From: Candidatus Bathyarchaeota archaeon
GTDB lineage: Archaea; Thermoproteota; Bathyarchaeia; Bathyarchaeales; Bathycorpusculaceae
Direction: 5' to 3'
DNA length: 64,000 nt
NCBI GenBank assembly: GCA_963768425.1
Contig: CAVYHV010000022.1
Span: 40,326 to 104,325 of the forward strand
Shown here: one piece after another, positions 10,359-18,869 of the stretch
Position numbering within the stretch: position 1 is the stretch's first letter
Layout of the letters: each line of letters opens with the position of its first letter
The notes under the pieces: generated by a model
The model's input: only the letters and a program-made list of their open reading frames with translations
What the model was told of the DNA's origin: nothing
The model's database searches: none
Program-made: the position numbers and the translations under genes

Positions 10359-11770
10359 GCTTTGCCCCTCAAACTCTCCATGTGCCTGACCGCTTTAGCG
10401 ATATGCTGCTTTGAGGCGACATCAGTTCGGCTCCACAACCCGCCGCCACTGATTGCCCGAGTACCTTCAAGGCTTATGCTGCGTGCTTCCTCGATGTTCG
10501 CCCCTATGCCTAAAACACCAACGGCGCGGGATTTGAGCGCGAAGTTTTTGCCATCCCTCGTCTCCATCGAGCCGGGGTAGACGCGGATACGGTTGCCGTA
10601 TTTCTTAGTGAGTGCCTGGGCTTTCGACAGATCAACTGAAGTGTTAGCCTCCTCCTTGTTGGCTTTGTTCGGGAAGGCTTCCGCGTAGCCTCCGTACTCA
10701 AGCGGGACTTTATATGTTAAAACTGACGCGGCATTCTCCATTTTGACGCTTGTCAAGTTTCCTTCTATCATATTGAAGCAGACGTCGACAAAGTCGTCTT
10801 TGATTAGCGCGAGAAGATTGATGATTTCTGGATCTCCTGGGCGACTGTTGTTCTCGAGAACTTTGATACCGTGGCCTGTATGCATAAAGGCAAGGTAGAG
10901 CGGGATACCTCTAAGGGCGGAGTCATCTTTGATTTTGGCTTTCCATCCTTTGAAAATCTTATTGGCCAAGGTGAGCTCCTCTTCGCGTTCAGCCGCAGTT
11001 AGAAAAGGCATTTTGTCGTCAATGTCCTTGTATGAGCCCATGCCTCCCGTGTTCGGGCCACGGTCGTCGTCAAAGGCACGTTTGTAATCGCGCGTGTCTG
11101 GAAGGGCAACGAAATGCTTGCCATCGCAGAACGCCATGAAACTGGATTCTTCCCCATCAATTTTCTCTTCGATTATTACGCTGCCATACCTGAAGTTGGA
11201 CATAAAATGCTCAAAAAGTTCCCCGCGGTTAGCGAAATGGTCGCCCCAAACGCCCACACCTTTCCCAAGTGCCGGTTTATCAGGTTTAACGACAGCCTGA
11301 TTATCAAGTTCATCAAGCCAACGCCAAACAGCGCCCTTAACATCTCCAGATTCCTTGTACTCAGTGGGGCTGAAAACTTTGAACCGCGGGTTTGCTTCCG
11401 GCGCAATCTCGTCGAAAAGGACGCGCTGCTCCACTTTGCTTACTTCTATGGCGTACTGTTGCTTTGGGCAGATAACGGGTATGCCTGTTGATTTTTCAAT
11501 TTGGTCGCGGACGCCGTCTATTATGGGTTTTTCTGACCCGACCAGGACGAAGTCGATTCTGTCTTTGTTTGCTTGGGCGAATTTGCATATCTCCTTCACA
11601 TCAAGGCTAGGGATAACGGCGTGTTTTGAAGCTTTCTCAGCATTGTAGGAGTTGCGTTGTTTATCAGCGATATAGAGTTCCACTTGGTAACGTGTGCTTT
11701 GCAGCAACGCGTCGACCATGGCGACCTCTCTTGCACCGTAAGAAATTACGAGTACGCCTATTTTCTCCAT
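10355..11770 (-). CDS. purD: phosphoribosylamine--glycine ligase
   Basis: GARE, VVKPD...GKGV, IEEKIDGEE, DYKRAFDDDRGPNTGGMGS and ENNSRPGDPE motifs. Confidence 0.93.
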   Translation of the reverse strand: MEKIGVLVISYGAREVAMVDALLQSTRYQVELYIADKQRNSYNAEKASKHAVIPSLDVKEICKFAQANKDRIDFVLVGSEKPIIDGVRDQIEKSTGIPVICPKQQYAIEVSKVEQRVLFDEIAPEANPRFKVFSPTEYKESGDVKGAVWRWLDELDNQAVVKPDKPALGKGVGVWGDHFANRGELFEHFMSNFRYGSVIIEEKIDGEESSFMAFCDGKHFVALPDTRDYKRAFDDDRGPNTGGMGSYKDIDDKMPFLTAAEREEELTLANKIFKGWKAKIKDDSALRGIPLYLAFMHTGHGIKVLENNSRPGDPEIINLLALIKDDFVDVCFNMIEGNLTSVKMENAASVLTYKVPLEYGGYAEAFPNKANKEEANTSVDLSKAQALTKKYGNRIRVYPGSMETRDGKNFALKSRAVGVLGIGANIEEARSISLEGTRAISGGGLWSRTDVASKQHIAKAVRHMESLRGKA

Positions 11771-11817
11771 AATGGTTACACCTGTAACTGCAAGCGGCAA
11801 GAAGGTTGAGGGTTGTG

Positions 11818-13302
11818 CTATTCTTTGGGTTGGGCTTCCTCGGTTTCATAGATTCTTGATTTTTCCTCGTAGCCTTCAAGGAACCTCTTTTTCATAGCGT
11901 CAGCCATCTTTTGAGCACAGGGCGTTGGGTACTTGCCTGTGATGCAGGCCATGCATAGTTCATTTTCTGTTTGACCTGTCGCCTTGATCAATTCTTCAAT
12001 CGACTGATAGCACACTCTGTCTGCACCGATGATTTTGGCGATTCCTTCTGCATTGTGCTTGGAACCGATGAGTTGCCCGTAAGTTGACATATCAATGCCA
12101 TAGAAACAGGGGCCAATGATTCTTGGGAACGTGACGAATACATAGACTTTTTTGGCTCCTGCCTTTCGGAGCTTGTCTATTATGACTTTTGTCGTGTCTC
12201 CCCGGACTATGCTGTCCTCGGTTATTATGACTCGTTTTCCGTCTACTTTGGAGCCTAGAATGTTGATTTTCTTGTCGATTGTTGAGAACCGCTCGGTGTT
12301 AAGAAGTATAAACGCGCGTTCAGTTACGTAGCGGTGCCGTCTGGAAGCCCGCTCCCATCGCAGTCCTGAGGCTTCATGGACTCCCATAGCGGGGTCGTCG
12401 CCTGTCTCAGGCACGGACAGGATTATGTCGCTGTCTTGAACCACCTCTGGAAACTCGCGAACGATGTTCCTCCCAAAGTCCTCGCGGATTTCATAAACAT
12501 ATTTGCCGTCAAACCTTGAATCTGGCCTAGCAAAATAAGCATATTCAAACGCACAAAAAGCTGGACGAGGCTTCTCGATGAGTTGCATGCGTTTGAATCC
12601 GTCTTTTGAAGCAGTAACCAACTCGCCTGGGTTCAGTTCGAAGTCCCGTAAAAAGCTGTTCATGTCTAACCCAACAGTTTCAGAGCAGAATGCAAACGTT
12701 GCTCCTTGCGGGTCGTGCCCAGCGCAAAGGGGTTTTATTCCGTGAGGGTCTTTGAAAGCGAAAAAGTCGCCGTCGCCCGTCAGCCCAGTTACGGAGAATG
12801 CGCCGTCAAGGCTTTCCATAACGGACTTAACCGCTGATGCCAAGTCTTTTCCCTGTTTAAGTCCCAGGAGCAGTTTGTGGCAGACGACGTCTGAGTCGCA
12901 GTTGAAGTAGAAGTCAGAGAAGTTTTCAGTCATTTCTCTTTTGAGAGGCAACGTGTTGACGATGTTGCCGTTGAATGACAAAGCTAGTTTTATGTTGCCT
13001 GAGGATGCATAGACCGGCTGAGTGCCTTCGACGATTGAAGTGTCGTCGCATTTGCCTGAAGTTGTGTATCGCACGTTGCCGATGCCTACTGGACCGGGCA
13101 GACGGTCAAACCATTCATGTATCGCCTCATTTCTGAGGCGGGGAACTAAATCGAGGCTTTTGTAAACGTGAAACTTGTTGTCGTAGGTTAAGAAGCCGTG
13201 GGATTGGTGTCCTCGATGGTTTTGGGCGCGGAGACCCCAATATACATATGGGAAGACCGTTTGGTTTTCAAAGTTTTTTGCTCCGAAGATACCGCAGCCT
13301 AT
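11818..13302 (-). CDS. purF: amidophosphoribosyltransferase; the frame extends upstream of the ORF call to (I)GCGIFG with no canonical start codon
   Basis: CGIFG nucleophile, QNHRG, GNVRYTTSG, FNGNIVN, CAFEYAYFARPDS, EDSIVRGDT, PCFYGIDM and CMACITG motifs. Confidence 0.93.
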   Translation of the reverse strand: MGCGIFGAKNFENQTVFPYVYWGLRAQNHRGHQSHGFLTYDNKFHVYKSLDLVPRLRNEAIHEWFDRLPGPVGIGNVRYTTSGKCDDTSIVEGTQPVYASSGNIKLALSFNGNIVNTLPLKREMTENFSDFYFNCDSDVVCHKLLLGLKQGKDLASAVKSVMESLDGAFSVTGLTGDGDFFAFKDPHGIKPLCAGHDPQGATFAFCSETVGLDMNSFLRDFELNPGELVTASKDGFKRMQLIEKPRPAFCAFEYAYFARPDSRFDGKYVYEIREDFGRNIVREFPEVVQDSDIILSVPETGDDPAMGVHEASGLRWERASRRHRYVTERAFILLNTERFSTIDKKINILGSKVDGKRVIITEDSIVRGDTTKVIIDKLRKAGAKKVYVFVTFPRIIGPCFYGIDMSTYGQLIGSKHNAEGIAKIIGADRVCYQSIEELIKATGQTENELCMACITGKYPTPCAQKMADAMKKRFLEGYEEKSRIYETEEAQPKE

Positions 13303-13510
13303 CTTTTGTCCCTTCTCGCCTTGATTGGGGATGTAAGTGAAAAAAGGGGTTTATCAGCTTTTAGTACATATTTAGCTCAAAAGCATGGCTTTTTGACATT
13401 TTTAAGGTTTAAAGTAAACAAGAAGCGGGAAGTGTTTTTTGGGCGTAGAATTTTGTTGTTTGTGTTTTGAGCTGGATTCTTGATTTAGGCTTTGAGGCGT
13501 TTGCAGATTG

Positions 13511-13590
13511 CGACTCAATTTGACTCTGTTTGACTCCTTGTGACTCCTAACGACTCCAAACGACCCAATTTGACTCTAATTGACTCCAAG
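13511..13590. repeat. eight tandem 10-bp units with a conserved YGACTC core
   Basis: cgactcaatt tgactctgtt tgactccttg tgactcctaa cgactccaaa cgacccaatt tgactctaat tgactccaag. Confidence 0.9.
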
Positions 13591-13734
13591 TCCTTGGCCT
13601 GGTTTCAAAACCAAGACGCTCATGCATCTCACAGAGAAAGTAATGTTCACATTGCAAGCTTCAGAAGCGCCCGCGTGCACCTTTGACAGAGATTAGGTTT
13701 CCGAACGTGAAAACACGCCTTTCAAGTATGAAAG

Positions 13735-14133
13735 TTATTTCTGCATGTACTCCAGCAAACCGAAGTGATTGCCTTCAGGGTCCAGCGCCAGTGCCCACCA
13801 GCCTAACCCGGGAATCTCCATCTTAGGCACAATAATTTTGCCGCCTAACGCCTCCACCTTCTTGCTGTATTCCTCAACTGATTCCACTGAAATGTAGTTC
13901 GTTGGCTTAGCCACCTCAGGCATAGAAGAGTCTTTCCTATTGTATAATCCGCCGTTGACTCCAGGTCGGATAGGCATCATTGTCTTTCCATCCACGGGAA
14001 CAGTCCCCACAAGATAGTAGGTTGTCGGTCCAGGGTATTTTTCCATTTTCCAACCAAACAAATCAACATAAAACTGCTTTATCTTCTCGATATCGTTGGC
14101 TGGAATCTCAAAATGCACAATCGTATGATCCAA
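13735..14133 (-). CDS. VOC/glyoxalase family protein
   Basis: IVHFEIPA, FYVDLFGW, GVNGGL and DPEGNHFGL motifs. Confidence 0.88.
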   Translation of the reverse strand: MDHTIVHFEIPANDIEKIKQFYVDLFGWKMEKYPGPTTYYLVGTVPVDGKTMMPIRPGVNGGLYNRKDSSMPEVAKPTNYISVESVEEYSKKVEALGGKIIVPKMEIPGLGWWALALDPEGNHFGLLEYMQK

Positions 14134-14231
14134 AGAATCACCGCAAAACCAATTCGTAGACCATAATAAAAACTTGGCGAAAACCGCTGACTAACGAAAA
14201 TGTAAAGAAACAAAAAGAAAGAAAGGCTATT

Positions 14232-15653
14232 TTATGGCTGCCATTTCTCTATGAGATATTTGGGTATCTCGCTGCTGTCGCGTGGCCCGACGAGGACTTT
14301 CCAGCCGCTGAGTTCTTCGATCTCGCCGCTGATGCGTGATGCTTTGCCGGGGATTATGATTTTGCGGTGTTTGACTTTGCTTTCTATGCCTGAGGCTTTG
14401 ATTGCGTCGGCTACGCGTTCCGCGGTTAGTTTTCTTCCTGCGACTCCGCTATCGATTGCTGAGCCTTCAGTTTCAACCACGATTAGGTACGCGTTGAGTT
14501 TGCTGCTTTCGATGTCTGAAGCGACTGTATAGTATGTTAAGGCGAAGTTTGTGGTGAACATTACTGGCGAGTTTTCGTCTGGAGTTCCGAATACTTTGAG
14601 TCCTGGAGCTACTGCAACGGGTTTGCGTGGGTCAGTGTAAATGTTCTGTCTGAGAACTGTGTCTGGCAACAGTGACCAGCCGCTTACACTATGCATTACA
14701 AGTACGTCTGCATACCGCACTATGAGCATTCCTGCTAGGTACGCTTCACGCCATTTCAAGAGGTCTTCAGCTGTTGCTGTGTCTTCCCAAGCAACCATAG
14801 GTACGCCGATTAATGGGAAGCCTGCTAATTCTTCGCCTTCTTTACATGCAGCTCTGCGAAGCATCGTGAAGTTGTTGATTGTGTCTGGTAAGCCTTCGTG
14901 TGGGAAGGTCCCTGGGTCTAAGACCAAGTCGGTTACTCCGTAAGCCATCAACGTCTTTGCAAGTGAAACCAACGTGGTTAAGTCGTTTGGCGCGGACACA
15001 ACTAGAGGGGCATCATACATCAATGCAAGTTCTGCCATGTCTTTCCAGTTGCTCTGAGTTGCTGCATAAAGCAGCGGTCGCGCTTTGGGTGCCGCCATCA
15101 AGCCTGCCTCTGCAATTGCAGGGTTCAGGGTGCAGAGTATAAGTGGCAGTTTAGTTATTTCCTCGACTTTTTTGACAACAGCCTTGAATTTGTCTGCGTC
15201 GCCGGATGTGCATCTTACTGCAATCATATCCAATCTGAGTGTGTTGCCGATGTATTCGAATGTAAAGTTCTCTGTGTACTGTACTCGCGAGACAACTTCT
15301 TGCATTGGCATTTCGTCAGTTACATCTAAGGCGATGGCTGTGGGGTTCTTGTAAGTGAATTCGTGGCGGTACATGACAAGTTTGCCGCCAAGTTTCTTAG
15401 CTTTATCGCCAGCGCCCACAGTAACTTCTTTTATTGCGGGTTTAAGTAGATCCTGAAGTGCAGCGTAGGCTTTTGCATTTTCTGGTTTTAGCAGTGGTTT
15501 GCAGCTATCGAGTTCTACTTCGCGGTTAACGATTTTTGTCGCAAACGCCATGCAGTTGTCTTGACCGCATTCTTTGCAGTTTGTTTTTGGTAGAAGCTTG
15601 TAAATGGTTATTGGGCTTAATTCTTTTAGTCCGCCTTTCTTTTTCTCGCTCAT
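14232..15653 (-). CDS. cdhE: acetyl-CoA decarbonylase/synthase gamma subunit (corrinoid Fe-S protein, large)
   Basis: LPKTNCKECGQDNCMAFA, IYTDPRKP, TTNFALTY and VLVGPRDS motifs. Confidence 0.95.
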   Translation of the reverse strand: MSEKKKGGLKELSPITIYKLLPKTNCKECGQDNCMAFATKIVNREVELDSCKPLLKPENAKAYAALQDLLKPAIKEVTVGAGDKAKKLGGKLVMYRHEFTYKNPTAIALDVTDEMPMQEVVSRVQYTENFTFEYIGNTLRLDMIAVRCTSGDADKFKAVVKKVEEITKLPLILCTLNPAIAEAGLMAAPKARPLLYAATQSNWKDMAELALMYDAPLVVSAPNDLTTLVSLAKTLMAYGVTDLVLDPGTFPHEGLPDTINNFTMLRRAACKEGEELAGFPLIGVPMVAWEDTATAEDLLKWREAYLAGMLIVRYADVLVMHSVSGWSLLPDTVLRQNIYTDPRKPVAVAPGLKVFGTPDENSPVMFTTNFALTYYTVASDIESSKLNAYLIVVETEGSAIDSGVAGRKLTAERVADAIKASGIESKVKHRKIIIPGKASRISGEIEELSGWKVLVGPRDSSEIPKYLIEKWQP

Positions 15654-16891
15654 TGCTTGCCAACCCCTTGTGCTTTCATGGTTATCCAATCTGCGTATTT
15701 CGATGCATCTGCTTTTTTGCCGCTTGTCAGGTAGTTTGTGACGTCTTTGAGCGTCTTTACTGCTGCTGGATGCATCATCATGAATAAGTCAACGCCTGCG
15801 AGCAGAAGTGTTAAGGCAGTGGTTACTTCCCAGAGTGGTCCTCGGAGTTCGCGTGGTTCCCAGTCAGCTGACATTTTCAGCCATGCTTCACGGGCAGCCC
15901 ATGCGTTGGTTGTGCCGGAAGACATTGGGTGAGCAAGTTCCATGTCGCCCATTAATCCGCCGAGTCGTGCTCGCTCCATGTTGGTGAATGCGTAGTCTAA
16001 GCCGTATCCTAAGGCTGCTGTAGTTAAGTCCATAACGATGTCTTCTCTGCCGAGAAAGTCGTATAGTCTCCGGTTAAGTTCCCGTGCCAGGTTAAGGTCC
16101 ATCGGAGTGAACGAAAGTGCAGCATGCCCGTTTTTCTTGACGAACTTTGCGCAGCGTTCAACATCCATATCCCTTGTTATTGAGCTTATTAGGAAACGTT
16201 CTCCTGGGAAAGCGTTACAGATTTCTTCGAAAACGTTTGCGTCTTTAACTGGGTCGCCGCAGCCGCCGATAACTAGTGGTACGTCAACGGCTTGCAGAAC
16301 TTTTTCAACGGTTTTCACTGCGTCTTTCGGTGTCGCGTTCTTGAGCAAGGGGTCAATGCTGATTAAGTGGATTGTAACCATGTCGGCCTTGAATTGTTGT
16401 ACTGCAAGTTTCGCCCAAGCTGCTGGATCTCCAACGACGTCCTTAACATGCATCTTGACTGCTTTGCTTAGGGGTACTTCCATGTCGAAAACGTCAAGGG
16501 TGATGACTGGTTTGTGTGTGGTTGGTCGCTCAAAATTGTAGAATGCAGGTGATGTTTCGCCGCCGATGGTGAATGAGGTTCCACGTGTGCCGCCTTCTTT
16601 TCGTGTTGCGCCTAATTTGACTTCCGCGATTTTGTTCGGGTAGGTTTCAATTGGGGGTAAGAATGGTACTTGAAGCATTGATACAGGTTTTCCGCCTGTG
16701 ACTACTGCTGGAAGCTTTAGCTTGGGCATTATTTGGCCAGCCATTCCTGGCTCAAAGAGTATCTCTAGCTCTTTGACGTCAATCTGGAAGTCTTCGAGTT
16801 CAATTTGCTTGAACCTGGCTAAGGCATCCAGTAGATCTTGGCTGAGCTTTAGACCTTCGTTGTCTTTCTTCTTGTCGCCGTCTGTGGGCAA
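15650..16891 (-). CDS. cdhD: ACDS delta subunit (corrinoid Fe-S protein, small)
   Basis: LGATRKEGGTR, ALGYGLDY, NAWAAREAW and MMHP motifs. Confidence 0.95.
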   Translation of the reverse strand: MPTDGDKKKDNEGLKLSQDLLDALARFKQIELEDFQIDVKELEILFEPGMAGQIMPKLKLPAVVTGGKPVSMLQVPFLPPIETYPNKIAEVKLGATRKEGGTRGTSFTIGGETSPAFYNFERPTTHKPVITLDVFDMEVPLSKAVKMHVKDVVGDPAAWAKLAVQQFKADMVTIHLISIDPLLKNATPKDAVKTVEKVLQAVDVPLVIGGCGDPVKDANVFEEICNAFPGERFLISSITRDMDVERCAKFVKKNGHAALSFTPMDLNLARELNRRLYDFLGREDIVMDLTTAALGYGLDYAFTNMERARLGGLMGDMELAHPMSSGTTNAWAAREAWLKMSADWEPRELRGPLWEVTTALTLLLAGVDLFMMMHPAAVKTLKDVTNYLTSGKKADASKYADWITMKAQGVGKQ

Positions 16892-16897
16892 CTAGGT

Positions 16898-18316
16898 TCA
16901 CCGCTTGTCTTTGTCGTCTTTGACAGTTTGGATTATGACTTTGTTAGCGTAGATTTTTGCGTCTTTAAGGATGATTCTAAAGCCGCCCGCCATGATTGGC
17001 AGTGTGCCTGCAGTTGCGACCGGCATCATTGTGGCTGCTGCTTCTTCTGTGACTTGTAATGTTTGAGCTTCTGGTGCTGCTACCGGTGCTTCTTCTGCTG
17101 TCCATCTTGCTACGACTGGGTGGTTCTTGGCTTTCAGGAATGCTTTGAGTTCATCAACAGTTTTTGCGTCTTCTTCAGTGGCAACTTTGTCGACGAGTTC
17201 GGGTGGGATGAAGTCTTTGACGCGTTCTTTGACTTCTTTAGGTACCCAGACAACGCGGTTCCATCCGCCGTCTGCAGCGAAGAATTTCTTGCTTCTCATG
17301 TATTCGATGGACATTCCGTGGAATCCGTCGATTTGTCTTCCGCCTGCCGCTGAGTCTGCAATTGTGCTGAAGGGTAAGCCGTTTACTGCTGGACCTTTGA
17401 AGCTTCTGTGGACTACTGCTAATCCGTCGACTTCGGGGACGTAGAAGGTTACTGCTTCGAAGCATCCGCACGAAGTGTGTGGGTGATCGAATGCTGTGTA
17501 GAGCCAGACTTGGTTAACTTCGCCCATGCTACGTTTCTTTGCAGCTTCGTTGACACCTGAGAACTCGCCTTTTTCAGCGTTTAACATTTGTCCCCTGGGT
17601 ATAGCGAAAACTGGACCTTTGGGGTCGATGCTTGCTGATGCTTTTCCGTCAAACCAGCTGATAGCGCCGCAATTGCTGTATCTTTGAGGTGTGATAACGC
17701 AGACGTGGCTTGGTGCGAATGATTGGCATAGGGCGCAGCCGTAGAATGTGTCAACATCTTCGTCTTTGAGTCCTCTTGCTTTTGCGTCACGTGATTCGTA
17801 AGCTTGGACTGCTTCTGGGTACATTTCGTCCAGTTTGGCTGTGTCTGTTATGAAGGTGATTTGTACTTTCTCAATGATAGGCAATTCACTCTTGAATAAG
17901 CGGTACAGGACTTTTCCGATGGGGTCAAAGCTGTTTAAGCCTTTTTGGAATGATTTTTTGCCGAGGCGTATCCAGATGTCGTAGCGTTGGTTGAGGTGCA
18001 TGAATCCCTCGATGTAATTCAGGTAACCGTGAATGCGCCTTTCTATGACACCTTCAAGTCCTGCATCAAGTTTTTCGCCTGCAGCTTCAACAAGAATTCC
18101 TAGCGGGTATGCTCCGCCTTCCTTCAGGTCTTTGATGTCGGGTCCGATGATGGTGATTTTTCCGTCGTCGATTTCGCTCATGGGTTTTACTTTGGCTAAC
18201 TCAAACTTCTGTTTAACTGTGGGTCCGCCGAGTTCAACTTGCATGTCGTTTCTTCTGATACGTTCTCCTTCGTAGATTACGCCAACTTCAACAGGTATAT
18301 CTTTAAACATAGACAT
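16898..18316 (-). CDS. cdhC: ACDS beta subunit (acetyl-CoA synthase)
   Basis: YEGERIR, FYGCALCQSFAPSHVC and PHTSCGCFE motifs. Confidence 0.96.
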   Translation of the reverse strand: MSMFKDIPVEVGVIYEGERIRRNDMQVELGGPTVKQKFELAKVKPMSEIDDGKITIIGPDIKDLKEGGAYPLGILVEAAGEKLDAGLEGVIERRIHGYLNYIEGFMHLNQRYDIWIRLGKKSFQKGLNSFDPIGKVLYRLFKSELPIIEKVQITFITDTAKLDEMYPEAVQAYESRDAKARGLKDEDVDTFYGCALCQSFAPSHVCVITPQRYSNCGAISWFDGKASASIDPKGPVFAIPRGQMLNAEKGEFSGVNEAAKKRSMGEVNQVWLYTAFDHPHTSCGCFEAVTFYVPEVDGLAVVHRSFKGPAVNGLPFSTIADSAAGGRQIDGFHGMSIEYMRSKKFFAADGGWNRVVWVPKEVKERVKDFIPPELVDKVATEEDAKTVDELKAFLKAKNHPVVARWTAEEAPVAAPEAQTLQVTEEAAATMMPVATAGTLPIMAGGFRIILKDAKIYANKVIIQTVKDDKDKR

Positions 18317-18319
18317 TTT

Positions 18320-18862
18320 TTATTGTCCTCCTTCAAATTTTGAAGTCATGACTTTGAGATTTGCAGCCCATTCTTCAAGGGTTGCGTTTGGGAAAGACCA
18401 GCTTGCATGCACATGGAACAAGTTGTCCAAGGTCATGGTTTTCAGGTCAGGTGCGAAGTGCTTGAGTCCACAGAGCATCAACGATTCAACGTAATAAGGT
18501 AACCCCACCATCATAACTAGGTCTGGGTGTCCTTTGCCGTCTAAGCCTTGCCATGTTGGGTCAACTACCAGGTTGCCGATCTCCATTGCATTCATGTATG
18601 CTGCTGGTTCGTATCCGCGTTTCAGAAATTCGCCGACCATATGTGCTGTGGCTACTACGGGTAGTTTTGATGCTTTTGCGAGGTCGATCAGGTATTCGAT
18701 TAGTTGTTTGCCTTCCAGGTATCTTTCTGTGGCGTTGCTTCCCACAATGAGAATGGGATGTTGGGCTTTTTTCATCATTGCTACTGCTATTTCGGGTTTT
18801 TGAATTGGGTTTGCTTTTTTAGTTGAAGCTATTTCTGCACATTGCCAGGGTTCACATGACAT
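18320..18862 (-). CDS. cdhB: ACDS epsilon subunit
   Basis: EPWQCAE, WQGLDGKG and ASWSFPN motifs; lies between cdhA and cdhC. Confidence 0.92.
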   Translation of the reverse strand: MSCEPWQCAEIASTKKANPIQKPEIAVAMMKKAQHPILIVGSNATERYLEGKQLIEYLIDLAKASKLPVVATAHMVGEFLKRGYEPAAYMNAMEIGNLVVDPTWQGLDGKGHPDLVMMVGLPYYVESLMLCGLKHFAPDLKTMTLDNLFHVHASWSFPNATLEEWAANLKVMTSKFEGGQ

Positions 18863-18869
18863 TTCATTT

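Noticed and set aside
13511-13590. Possible mini-CRISPR interpretation of the GACTC array
   Set aside because: The 10-bp unit and 4-nt variable part are far too short, and no cas genes are present in the window.
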